From Promethearchaeota archaeon Loki_b32 (GTDB lineage Archaea > Asgardarchaeota > Lokiarchaeia > Sigyniarchaeales > SOKP01), in contig NJBH01000027.1 in the NCBI GenBank assembly GCA_005223125.1, positions 1 to 53,446 of the forward strand: DNA of 53,446 nt, given 5' to 3'. This document shows positions 1 through 9,839 of the stretch, piece by piece. Both the position numbers and the translations under genes were made by a program. Position 1 is the first letter of the stretch. Every line of letters starts with the position of its first letter. The notes beneath the pieces are model-generated. The model did not search any database. It was given only the letters and a program-made list of their open reading frames with translations, and had not been told where the DNA came from.

Positions 1-94
1 AGAGACTCAAAACTGAAGATTTATAAAATATTTATGTGAAAAATAAAAAAATAAAAAAAAATTAAAAAGTTTGTTTTTAGCCCAAAGAACTTCT

Positions 95-313
95 TTATTT
101 GTACTTAATGGACAGAAGTAAATCGTTCTTGGTAATTTTCTTCCTATTCGCATGCATTGTAAAGGTTCTTGCTTGCTCAGTCAAAGCGGTTGCAGTTTTT
201 TCTAAATGATCAATTAATAAATCAACTGCGTTTCGGGCGACAATTGAAGCTCCTTGTTGTTTCATTAATCGGCGAATTGGGCTCCATGCGAAAGAATGTT
301 TCTTTTTTGCCAT
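95..313 (-). CDS. Archaeal histone (HMf-like fold) with short Lys-rich N-terminus
   Basis: 72 aa; PIRRLMK..GA..V and HANRKKITKND match the HMf HAGRKTI..ED pattern; GGAGG SD upstream of ATG. Confidence 0.92.
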   Translation of the reverse strand: MAKKKHSFAWSPIRRLMKQQGASIVARNAVDLLIDHLEKTATALTEQARTFTMHANRKKITKNDLLLSIKYK

Positions 314-516
314 TTTTTTATTCCTCCAATTTTTTAACTAAAATTTTTAAAAATTTAAGTTTTTAATTTTTTTTGATGTTATAATTAAAGTGTCTTAGAT
401 AATATAATATCTGAAGAGTTATTTAAATGTTATGGAGAATCAGAAGAATCTCAAGAGTTAAATGAAAAAAAAATCACGACAAAAAATTTTTGAAGTCAAA
501 AATTACTCATCATCTA

Positions 517-940
517 TGATCATTGGATGGTTGATCATATTGAAGATATGAAATGTTTTTGTTAGTATCACCATTATTCAAATTTTAAATTTGATAAATT
601 TACTTTTTATCTTAGTTTGGCTATGATTTAGTGGCGAATTAAGAAAAATATAATTGATAAAAGTGATCCGCAACAAATGTTAATATCATCAATTATGTGA
701 TCATATAATGGTCAACCATTCAAAAAAAATGAATTAATTTTTGTAGAATTAAAATTATTCAAATATCAAGACTGATTAAATCTTCTTTATTTTAGGTTTT
801 ATTGAGATTTATTGACGAATTAAAAAATTTTTAATTGAAAAAAATAATCCCCATTGAATTTTATATGATAAATTATCTGATCATGTCAATTAAGATATGA
901 TCAAATTAAGAAGTAAAAATTAATTTCAATCTGGAGATCA
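517..940. repeat. Cluster of TGATCA/GATC motifs in the histone-psmB divergent intergenic region
   Basis: TGATCA at 517, 532, 698, 878, 898; TGATCC at 664; AGATCA at 935; AATTATnTGATCAT at 691-704 and 871-884; 11/12 inverted pair at 527-538 / 708-719. Confidence 0.6.
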
Positions 941-1107
941 TAGGGTTAATCGAAATATTAAAAATGATATGGATTGAATGAGAATAAAAATTGCGTATTT
1001 TTAGAGGAAAATGATAAATTTTTATAAATTAAAAGAAAAATTTTAATTAAATCTGATTATTTACTATATCAAAAATACAAAATAATTCAATAATTTAGAT
1101 TTTAAAA

Positions 1108-1725
1108 ATGTCTCAACAGATAATGGTACCAGGAGCATGCGGTGTTGCTATAAAATGTAAAAACGGTGTTGTATTAGGCAACGACAGACGCGCGACTTGG
1201 GGATATACTGTCACAAATAAGTCAACTCAGAAAGTCTTCAAAATTACTGAATATATAGGCTTAGCTGCTTATGGGTTGATTGGTGATTTTCAGATATTAG
1301 TAAGGATCCTTCGAGCGCAAGCGAATCTGTACGAACTTGAAACTGGAGAACGCATCTCTACTAAAAGTATGGGTAAATTAGTTAGTAATTACCTCTACTC
1401 ACGTAAAATGGCTCCATTGTATACAAATTTAGTGGTTGCTGGATTGGATCAAGATGGTCCAAAACTCTACACATTGGACGCTCTTGGAAGTCTTATGCCT
1501 GATGACTATGGTACTGCTGGCACAGGAATGTTATTATCAATTGGTATTTTAGAAGCAGAATACAAACCTAATATGACCATAACGGCGGGTGAAAAATTAG
1601 TGGAAAAAGCAATCAGAAATGCAATTAAGCGAGATGCAATGACGGGGAACGGAATAGATATATTAATAATAACCAAAGATGGTGCAAAAGAAAAATTTAT
1701 AGAGATCAAAGAATTGGGAGAATAA
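1108..1725 (+). CDS. psmB: Proteasome beta subunit, probably non-catalytic
   Basis: GVVLGNDRRAT, KVFKI, GLIGDFQ, LDALGS, GTG, RDAMTGNGID motifs; N-terminal PG-A-CG in place of G-TTT. Confidence 0.93.
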   Translation: MSQQIMVPGACGVAIKCKNGVVLGNDRRATWGYTVTNKSTQKVFKITEYIGLAAYGLIGDFQILVRILRAQANLYELETGERISTKSMGKLVSNYLYSRKMAPLYTNLVVAGLDQDGPKLYTLDALGSLMPDDYGTAGTGMLLSIGILEAEYKPNMTITAGEKLVEKAIRNAIKRDAMTGNGIDILIITKDGAKEKFIEIKELGE

Positions 1726-1807
1726 TTTCTCAAACACTTTGATTTTAGATTCTAAATATTCTACTTTCTTATCATTAAGAATTTATTCTATGAAAGCTTA
1801 TTAATTA

Positions 1808-3895
1808 TTGAATACTTATATGCTAATCACGGGTAGATTCAAGTTGAATTTTTCCAACAATACATTTAACGGAGCGAGGGAAATTCATGGTTTTACAAAA
1901 GATGAGATTTTAGAAATTAAAAAAATGCTTGGTAAGTTTAAGTCTGAAGAAACTGATGCTACTGAGATAGATGAGTATTTAAGATCGAAATTATACCTTT
2001 CTTCTGAAAGGCTTGATCAATATTCGAGCTATTTAGAGAGCCTAAAAGAGTTCATAAATACCTATGTATTATCTGCTGAGAGTTCAAATTATTTTTTTTT
2101 GAAAAACGGTGTAATGGCCGAATTAAGAGTTATTACAAATAATTTACAGAATCTCAGCTCAAATATAAGGAATATTAAAAGAATTACAAAAAATAGTATT
2201 GGAATAAATGATTCTTTGTTAATGATAGAAGAACTCCTAAGAGAAATGACTCATTTTGGTTCTAAAATACAGGATTCTATTGAAGAGAAAAAATCTACTC
2301 ATGAGGATACCACATATTTATGGTTTGAAATAAATAAAATTAAGAATTTGAAATTTAAATTAAATGAGATTCCAAAGAATTTAGAAAATTGGGATGACAT
2401 AGAAGAACTAATTACCTTTATTAAAAGTCTAAATGAATTATTTTTAAGTAAAAGAAAGAAAGATAAAAAAGAGAAGATCTTAACATTTCAATTTGATGAG
2501 ATTTATCAATTTTTTCAATCTAAGAATGAAAACAAAATTAAATTTTATGCTGATTTAATTTATCTTCTATATTTAAACAAACATTTTGAAGAATATCATG
2601 GAGAAGAATTCATTAATATACTTGAACGAAAAGAAGTTATAGAAAATCTAACAAATTTCATCCAACCCCTACTTAAACAATTAATTGAAGAAAAAACAAA
2701 AGATGTTCTAGTTGAGATCGAGGAATTTGATTTAAAGGAAAAAGATTTAGAGATTAATTTAAAAAATCTTAAAGAACAAAAAATTAGTGTATTTTTACCT
2801 AAGATCGTTGATTATTATATTGTTGGTTTGGAAAAGAGATTCCAAGAGAAAATTCATAATGTAATTGAAGCTGAGAAGTTTGAAGAAATTGCAAATTTTT
2901 ATTACCAAAAAATTGATAACTTTTCGAATGTCTTCACTGATATTGAGGATTGGGTATTAAGTTTTGAAAATTTACTCAAGCCTTATGAAAATATCACGAG
3001 TGGGTTACGTAAAATATTCACAAATTTATCATCTGAAATCTTTCGTAGAAAGAACGAATATCTAACTTTTATTAAAACGGTTAAGGATGAAGAATTAAGG
3101 GTTGGAGTGAGGAAATTTATATCTGATAAAATCTCAGAAGTTAATGATTTAATCAGAACCTATGAGGATGAAGCCTCATTAATAATTAAAGAAGAATTTC
3201 CACAATTAAAAAGGGTTAAAGAAATTTTAAATGAATTTAATCTAAAAATCAATAATATAAAAGATAAGGTTTTCAAGAAATTAGATTCTACAAAATCAAA
3301 TGATATTGATGTTTATCAAGTTATTAAATATTGGGAAGACAGTTTAAATCGTAAGAAGCAACAATTAACTTTTCTTATATCGCTTCTTTTAAACAAGTTA
3401 TTTAAAAGCTTTAAAGATTTAACGGATAAAGAAGGAATCTTATTTGCAACTATCACTGAAATTACTGAGCAAACAGAAAGTTTCGAGGGTTTACCTCTTA
3501 ATTTTGCGTTATCTTCTTTTTTGGCTGAGAAACTGAGCGAAGAAGAATTAAAGGAAAGGATTTCTGAGATAAATTCTAAAATTAATCAGTTAAATAACTC
3601 ATTGGGTCTCTATCAAGTAGAAGTAGCAAAATTAGAAACAATTCTTGCAAATAGGGTTAAAATAAGAAAAGGAATATCTCGATCTGATGTTCAGTGTACA
3701 GTTTGTCATAATTATATCAATTTTGCTAAAGATAGAGTCATTACTTGCCCTTTTTGTGCAAGTACATATCACTATTTATGTGTTGCATTTTGGCTCTCAA
3801 AATATAATTCATGTCCAATGTGTCAAAATAATTTTCTTGAACCCCATTCTGAATTATTTGAGAGTCAGGAAGATCAAGAATTAGGACGATTGTGA
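1808..3895 (+). CDS. Long helical/coiled-coil protein with C-terminal RING-variant (C4HC3) finger; putative E3 ligase
   Basis: CTVC...CPFC-x4-H-x2-C-x3-W-x6-CPMC at the C-terminus; exact start uncertain. Confidence 0.75.
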   Translation: MNTYMLITGRFKLNFSNNTFNGAREIHGFTKDEILEIKKMLGKFKSEETDATEIDEYLRSKLYLSSERLDQYSSYLESLKEFINTYVLSAESSNYFFLKNGVMAELRVITNNLQNLSSNIRNIKRITKNSIGINDSLLMIEELLREMTHFGSKIQDSIEEKKSTHEDTTYLWFEINKIKNLKFKLNEIPKNLENWDDIEELITFIKSLNELFLSKRKKDKKEKILTFQFDEIYQFFQSKNENKIKFYADLIYLLYLNKHFEEYHGEEFINILERKEVIENLTNFIQPLLKQLIEEKTKDVLVEIEEFDLKEKDLEINLKNLKEQKISVFLPKIVDYYIVGLEKRFQEKIHNVIEAEKFEEIANFYYQKIDNFSNVFTDIEDWVLSFENLLKPYENITSGLRKIFTNLSSEIFRRKNEYLTFIKTVKDEELRVGVRKFISDKISEVNDLIRTYEDEASLIIKEEFPQLKRVKEILNEFNLKINNIKDKVFKKLDSTKSNDIDVYQVIKYWEDSLNRKKQQLTFLISLLLNKLFKSFKDLTDKEGILFATITEITEQTESFEGLPLNFALSSFLAEKLSEEELKERISEINSKINQLNNSLGLYQVEVAKLETILANRVKIRKGISRSDVQCTVCHNYINFAKDRVITCPFCASTYHYLCVAFWLSKYNSCPMCQNNFLEPHSELFESQEDQELGRL

Positions 3896-3965
3896 ACACT
3901 CAAACCAGAAGAATCGTTCTAAAATAAGTTTAAAATCTCATTACTTCTCGTATAAAGATCAACTC

Positions 3966-4625
3966 CTATATTATAGGGGGAAATATGAGGATGTTTAAAG
4001 TGAGATAAACGCCAAATATAATCATAAATGCTCCAGAGCCAATTAACACGTATTTGTATATTTTTTGGTTAAGAGATCTACCGCCAAAAAATACGAATAA
4101 AGATATTGGTACATACCATACGAAATCACCCAATTCATGACCAAGAAAAAAAAGCAAAATCCCTAACGGATTGTGGAATCCTATATTAAAGTTAATCATC
4201 ATTCCGAGTCCGATAACAGCCCACCAAAAAGTCCAGTAAGGATTAGTAATTGAATAAAAAATTCCTCCCAGAAAACTATTCCCTTTAAAATTCTTCATAT
4301 TTTGGTTGTCTATATCAAAATTAACCATATATTGTTTTTTAATCACGTTTTTTATTGTGAGAGAGCCAAACGTTATTAAACAACCTCCTCCAACGATCCC
4401 CATTATAATTAGAAAAATTAAATTTTGAAATAATAGAGAAGCTCCAAGCAATAAGATGATAATTAAATTAAATTCTAACACAGCATGACCTAATATAATT
4501 AATAATCCTGCTAAATATCCCTTTTTACTTTCAAGAGATTTATAAATAGTAAATGTTAATACAGGTCCTGGAGATAAAGCGCCAGTTAGAGCGACTAGGA
4601 AAGAGATGGTAAGAATTTCAATCAT
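3966..4625 (-). CDS. LysE-family translocator
   Basis: GALSPGP, GH..LE, TNPYW.FWW motifs; multiple TM helices. Confidence 0.88.
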   Translation of the reverse strand: MIEILTISFLVALTGALSPGPVLTFTIYKSLESKKGYLAGLLIILGHAVLEFNLIIILLLGASLLFQNLIFLIIMGIVGGGCLITFGSLTIKNVIKKQYMVNFDIDNQNMKNFKGNSFLGGIFYSITNPYWTFWWAVIGLGMMINFNIGFHNPLGILLFFLGHELGDFVWYVPISLFVFFGGRSLNQKIYKYVLIGSGAFMIIFGVYLTLNILIFPPII

Positions 4626-4675
4626 AAATTGATAAAACTTGAATGATAAAATAATGAAAAATGATATTTACAAAA

Positions 4676-5146
4676 TCATGGTAAAACCCAATTTACCAAT
4701 GCCGCTATTATAAGGATTATGATAACAATCGGTAGAATCAATAATAATGCCCAGAAATAAGCTTTAAAGAATCCTCTTCTAATAATTTTAAAACCATCAT
4801 TCCAATCTTGTCGAGTCTTTTCTTGCCAATTGTTAATTTCTTGTTTAACCTTTTTTGTGTGAACATCCCATTGTTCTTTTGTTTCTAATCTCCCTTTTTC
4901 CATTTCCGCATTTAATTCTTTAAGTTTATTTTCCCAATCTTTTTTAGTATCCTTAAAGAACTTATTAGCTTTTTCTTTATTTTCTTCCCAAAAATCCTTA
5001 TTTTTTTTTGATTGCTCTTCTAAAGATTGCTGAAAGTTTTCAAATCCACCCTTTATTCCATCAACGAAGCTTTTCCATCCTTTTTGAAAAGGTTTTTCTT
5101 GTTTTTCTTCTTTGACTGGTTCTTTTAAATTATTTTCATCGCTCAT
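4676..5146 (-). CDS. Hypothetical tail-anchored protein with amphipathic helical repeats
   Basis: Charged helical body with periodic W/F; single very hydrophobic C-terminal segment. Confidence 0.7.
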   Translation of the reverse strand: MSDENNLKEPVKEEKQEKPFQKGWKSFVDGIKGGFENFQQSLEEQSKKNKDFWEENKEKANKFFKDTKKDWENKLKELNAEMEKGRLETKEQWDVHTKKVKQEINNWQEKTRQDWNDGFKIIRRGFFKAYFWALLLILPIVIIILIIAALVNWVLP

Positions 5147-5263
5147 AATTGTTCTTAAATCTTTTTTAATATTTAAATTCAGTAAGTAAATTTCATTTTA
5201 CATATTTAATTACATATTGATAATAAGATTTTAGTAAATATTAAGAATAAACTCTAATAAATC

Positions 5264-6640
5264 ATGAAGTTTAATTATATCCAAAATACACCCTTATACA
5301 GTGCGTTATCAGAGATAGGAAAAAGAATCTTTCTTCCAGATGGTATCTTTTATTGGTCTGGAAGAGCTAAAAATGAAGCTGAATTAATTGGAACACTTGG
5401 AGCCGCATACGGATATGAGAAGGATTTCATTGAGGGAGGGAATTCCGATTGGTTACCTTGTTATCTCAAAGAGATTACAGATTTCTCAAAACTTTCTGTG
5501 AAAGAAATTATTCCATATACATCCATTGGTGGCTTACTAGAAACAAGAAAGATTTGGAAAGAATGGATAATTAAGAAATCACAATATAACCAAAAAGATG
5601 ATTCATTGTTACATAGATTAGAAAAATATATAACAACTCCAATAATAACGGGAGGAGTTACTAATGGAATTTTTCAAGCCTGTTCAATGTTTTTAGATGC
5701 AAGTGATTATATTATCGTACCAAATAAGAGATGGGGGAATTATGATAATATAATTTACAAATTTATCGGTGCAAAAACTCAATCATTTGAATTTTTTAAA
5801 GACAGTGAGATGAACATTAAGGGTTTGAAAACAGCTATAGAAAAAATTGCTAAAATTCAGGAAAAAGTTGTACTTCTTTTGAATTTTCCAAATAACCCGA
5901 CAGGATATGTTCCTACCAAAGAAGAGGCATCGAATCTAGTTGAGATGTTAAAAGAAAGCCAAATAACTCACAAAAAACCTATAATCGTGTTGGTTGATGA
6001 CGCATATGAGCCATATGTTTATAAAGACAATGTTTTAAACAGGTCCATATTTTATGATCTACACCAATTAGATGAAAATGTAATTCCAATTAAATTAGAT
6101 GGAATTACTAAAGAACTCTTAATTTATGGAGGGCGAGTAGGGTTTATCACTATTGGATTAAAACCATCTTGGATAATAGATGATACAGAACTACAAAACT
6201 TAAAGGAAGAGATACATAATAAATTAGAAGGGTTTATCCGTGCAACAATATCTAACTGTAATAGTTTTTACCAAGTTCTCGTTCATAAATTGTTTGAAGA
6301 GAATGGATTTGAGCAAATCATCAAATCAAGGGAGGAGGTATATAGATTACTTAAAATTAGGTATGAAACTATTAATTCAGAGCTAAGAAAAATAAATAAC
6401 CCGAATATATCAATTGATCCTAATTCTGGTGGATTTTTTGTTTTCATAAATTTAAATTCTACCAAAATTAAAGCAAGAGAATTCGCAGATCACCTATTGA
6501 AAGAATATAGGGTTGGAATTATACCAATTGAAAAATTAGATGAGAATATTAACGGTGTAAGGATTGCTTATTGCTCAATAGATCTTAGTAAAATACCAGA
6601 ACTAGTAAAAAGAATTGATTTAGCCCTTAAAGATTTTTGA
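5264..6640 (+). CDS. Class I/II PLP-dependent aminotransferase
   Basis: NFPNNPTG, DDAY, DGITKE (PLP lysine), GGRVG, RIAY motifs. Confidence 0.9.
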   Translation: MKFNYIQNTPLYSALSEIGKRIFLPDGIFYWSGRAKNEAELIGTLGAAYGYEKDFIEGGNSDWLPCYLKEITDFSKLSVKEIIPYTSIGGLLETRKIWKEWIIKKSQYNQKDDSLLHRLEKYITTPIITGGVTNGIFQACSMFLDASDYIIVPNKRWGNYDNIIYKFIGAKTQSFEFFKDSEMNIKGLKTAIEKIAKIQEKVVLLLNFPNNPTGYVPTKEEASNLVEMLKESQITHKKPIIVLVDDAYEPYVYKDNVLNRSIFYDLHQLDENVIPIKLDGITKELLIYGGRVGFITIGLKPSWIIDDTELQNLKEEIHNKLEGFIRATISNCNSFYQVLVHKLFEENGFEQIIKSREEVYRLLKIRYETINSELRKINNPNISIDPNSGGFFVFINLNSTKIKAREFADHLLKEYRVGIIPIEKLDENINGVRIAYCSIDLSKIPELVKRIDLALKDF

Positions 6641-6770
6641 TATTGAATTTGGATTAGTCCAAGAAATTATAAAAATCAAATAATTTTAATAATCTTGAAT
6701 TTTATAATGTTGTTAAGATATTTTTAAAAAAACTATATTGCAATATTAAAAAAAAAATAGGTGGATTTAA

Positions 6771-7778
6771 TTGAAACTATACCTAGTTGATCAAGGAAAT
6801 TTAAAGGAAATCAAAAAACTTATCTTTTCAAGTGGAGATGTTTATCTCCTAGATGATGAAAAAACAATCTACGTGTGGATTGGTAACAAATGTTCTGTAG
6901 ATGAAAAAACCGCTGGTGCTGCGCAAGCAAGAACGCTTGACCAGCAAAGAGGTGGTGCCGCAAAAATAATTACAGTTGATCAAGGACAAGAATCGAGAGA
7001 ATTTATGAAAGCGATAAATCCATTAGGAGCTATGAAGATTGTGGAGAAAAACTATGCTAAAACATTACTTATAGATGTAACAACAGGAGATTTTGCGGGT
7101 TTTACAGAGTGGAAGAATATTTTATACCGAGTTTCTTCGGAAGAATTCGAAGATATCAACGCTATGAAAATGATACAAGTTCCATTTAAAAAAGAATCAT
7201 TAGATTCAGAAGATTGTTTTGTTGCTGATTTAGGAACTAAAGTCTATATTTGGCAAGGAAAAACCAGTTCAGTTAAAGAACGTGTTAAAGCAGGTCAATG
7301 GGCACGAGCTATAGATGTAGATAGAGCTGGATTACAACAGGAAACTATCTTTGAAGAAGGTGATGATGTAGAGTTTATGGTCGCTTTAGGAAAAGGAGAG
7401 GATTATAAAGAATCTGATGCTGTACAATTGAAAGCAGAATCTATTTTAGAAGGTGAAGATGAAGATGATAGAATCGCGAAAGCAATCCAACCTGAATTGA
7501 AATCAGAAGTTAGAGATGTTTCTCCAGAAGAAGTAAAAGCCGATATTTCAGAAGTAAAAGCCTCAGGAGCAGCCCCGGGAATACCTGGTAGAACAGATAG
7601 TTCAATTTTAACAGTGGAACATATCGAAGGGCGTAGAAAATGTCCTGAGTGCGGAATGGATAAACCTCTTATGATTCATGAGAGTGTTGATAAGTCCAAT
7701 ATTATCCTAGACTACCCAAGAATCTATGGTAAAAAATATTTATGTGGACAGTGTGGAATTCAATGGCGTGAAAAATAA
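6771..7778 (+). CDS. Two-domain gelsolin-like actin regulator with acidic linker and C-terminal zinc ribbon
   Basis: Two gelsolin signatures (SGDVYLLD..IYVWIG..CS.DEK; LDSEDCFVAD..VYIWQG..SS..ER); CPEC...CGQC tail; TTG start after GGTGG SD. Confidence 0.88.
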   Translation: MKLYLVDQGNLKEIKKLIFSSGDVYLLDDEKTIYVWIGNKCSVDEKTAGAAQARTLDQQRGGAAKIITVDQGQESREFMKAINPLGAMKIVEKNYAKTLLIDVTTGDFAGFTEWKNILYRVSSEEFEDINAMKMIQVPFKKESLDSEDCFVADLGTKVYIWQGKTSSVKERVKAGQWARAIDVDRAGLQQETIFEEGDDVEFMVALGKGEDYKESDAVQLKAESILEGEDEDDRIAKAIQPELKSEVRDVSPEEVKADISEVKASGAAPGIPGRTDSSILTVEHIEGRRKCPECGMDKPLMIHESVDKSNIILDYPRIYGKKYLCGQCGIQWREK

Positions 7779-7853
7779 AGAAATACTTTTATATTTTATT
7801 TTTTCTCTTTTTTTAATGATTTTAAATAAATAACAAGGTAAGACCATTTTGAA

Positions 7854-8954
7854 TTAAGTTTTTTGAAGATCTCTGCGCATTAATTTGATTTTCTTTTTTA
7901 GTTCAATTATTTCTTTATTTTTTTCTTCGAGATCTAATTCTAACTTTAACTTTTCATCTTTTAATTGTTGAAGGTCGCTTAAAAACTTCTCTTCTTTTTG
8001 TTTTGTATAACCTGTTTTGCTCTGTAATTCATTCAAATTTTCTCTAAGGCTTTTAATCTCCTGTCCTCTGTCATCAAGCATACTTCGCATATTAGCTAAT
8101 TCTAATTCAAATTTACCAGTGAGATTTCCAGATTTTCTATGTGCTTCCTCTAATTTTACTTCAAGATGCTCTATTAATTCTTGGTTTGTGATATTTTTTT
8201 GTTTCAATTCTTCAATTTCTACAACTAAAGCTTTATTACGTTCGGTTTTTTTCTCAAGATCTTTTTTTACCAAATTGAATGTCTCAAATTGTTGTTGAAG
8301 ATCATGAATTTTTTGATTAGCATTTTTCAAATCATTCTCAATGCTAAAAATGACTTTCTCTTTTTCAGTTATAATCTCATCTTTCTTTTCTAAAAGGACT
8401 TCAACTTTTTCAAACTTAGATTTTTGGATTGAATCACTTTCAAGGTAGTTTAATTGTTCTTTTAAGTCTTTAATCACAAGCTCTTTTTCATTTAACTTAT
8501 TAGCTAAATTTTGATTTTCAGTTTGATCAGATTGAACTTGTTCAATTTTGGTTGTTAAGCTTTTAATTTTTTCAATTTGATCATTGATTATTTTGTTTAA
8601 TTTTGTAGTTTCCTCAGTAAAACGAGAATTTAAATCTTCAAGATCATCATTTTTATTCTCAATAGTTTCATATAATTTTTGAACTGCTTGGTTCTGGACT
8701 TCTTTGTCTTTTACTTTTTGAGAAAATTTTTGGATTTGTTCTTCTAAGTTTTGAATTTTTTCGCTTTTTTCATGCATCTCTCCTATTAATCGTTTATTCT
8801 CCTCCTTAAAGAACTCTAATTGCTCTTTAATATTATCTTCTGTATCTATTCTTTCTTCTTCTTCGTTAGATTCCTCCACCCAGCCGAGTTGACCCAAAGC
8901 CTCAATGATCGATTTATCTCTATCTTCCTCTTGACCTTCACGTTCGTTAGACAT
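7854..8954 (-). CDS. Long coiled-coil protein, function unknown
   Basis: E/K/Q/L-rich heptad pattern over ~320 aa, no prolines. Confidence 0.75.
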   Translation of the reverse strand: MSNEREGQEEDRDKSIIEALGQLGWVEESNEEEERIDTEDNIKEQLEFFKEENKRLIGEMHEKSEKIQNLEEQIQKFSQKVKDKEVQNQAVQKLYETIENKNDDLEDLNSRFTEETTKLNKIINDQIEKIKSLTTKIEQVQSDQTENQNLANKLNEKELVIKDLKEQLNYLESDSIQKSKFEKVEVLLEKKDEIITEKEKVIFSIENDLKNANQKIHDLQQQFETFNLVKKDLEKKTERNKALVVEIEELKQKNITNQELIEHLEVKLEEAHRKSGNLTGKFELELANMRSMLDDRGQEIKSLRENLNELQSKTGYTKQKEEKFLSDLQQLKDEKLKLELDLEEKNKEIIELKKKIKLMRRDLQKT

Positions 8955-8989
8955 ATGTTTTAAATCACTATTTTATTTATTAAATTTTT

Positions 8990-9484
8990 TTATTTTTCAA
9001 TTTTTTCTTCGTTAATATTAAATACATATCGCTTATCCAAGAAAAATTTTGTCAGATATCCGATAGATAGTGCAATAATAAAGCTTATTTCGAGTGGCGT
9101 ATTGAGAAAATTTGTTAGTAAAAATTGAATTCCGATATTTTCTATAGTTGTAAGTATCGCAAACCCAAAGTATTTTATAAATTCAATTGAAGTTTCTTTT
9201 AATTCAGTGCTGGTTTTTTTAAAAACTATAAACTTATCTAAGAAAAACTTAATGATATATGTGATACCAACAGCAAATATAGAACCAATTAATTCTCGCA
9301 TATCAAATGGTTCAGTTGAACAATAAAATACATGAAAGAATTCAATTGTACCAAAATTTTGACAGATGAATGGAGCAACAACTATTTGGTTTAATTTTTG
9401 AATCAAATAATTTAGTCCGATCATAGCAGCAGCAAATACAAAATAGAGGGTCATCTGTCTTTTCATATCATTCTCATTAACCAT
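8990..9484 (-). CDS. GtrA-family membrane protein
   Basis: Duplicated KFFLDK(F/R).VF motif, KYFGFAI, four TM helices. Confidence 0.8.
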   Translation of the reverse strand: MVNENDMKRQMTLYFVFAAAMIGLNYLIQKLNQIVVAPFICQNFGTIEFFHVFYCSTEPFDMRELIGSIFAVGITYIIKFFLDKFIVFKKTSTELKETSIEFIKYFGFAILTTIENIGIQFLLTNFLNTPLEISFIIALSIGYLTKFFLDKRYVFNINEEKIEK

Positions 9485-9497
9485 AACTTATCACATC

Positions 9498-9791
9498 TTA
9501 TATATTATTTAATTTTTCTCCACAATGATAGCAAAATTTCGCAATTGATTTCGTTATTTCTCCCCCACAACTAGAACAATATATAACTTCTGAACCTTTA
9601 AAGTTCTGAAAAGATGAATTTTCAGTTGTTCCCTTTTCAATATTAATTTTATTTCGATATCGTGTTCTAAATGAAAAAGGTAAAAAACAGATAATCGGAA
9701 TAAAAAAAAAGAAATCAATCATAAAAGACAAGATTAAAGAAACTAAAAATATTGTTATAAAAATTATGTTCAATAGAATATTTCGCTTCAT
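9498..9791 (-). CDS. Small membrane protein with C-terminal zinc ribbon
   Basis: N-terminal hydrophobic hairpin; CSSCG...FCYHCG. Confidence 0.78.
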   Translation of the reverse strand: MKRNILLNIIFITIFLVSLILSFMIDFFFFIPIICFLPFSFRTRYRNKINIEKGTTENSSFQNFKGSEVIYCSSCGGEITKSIAKFCYHCGEKLNNI

Positions 9792-9839
9792 TGTTATTTG
9801 AATTAAAAAATATTCAACAAATTAAGTAAATTAATTATG

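Noticed and set aside
481-960. CRISPR array or canonical ORB origin
   Set aside because: Repeats are only 6-14 bp, irregularly spaced, lack the G-string of ORBs, and no cas or cdc6 gene is nearby
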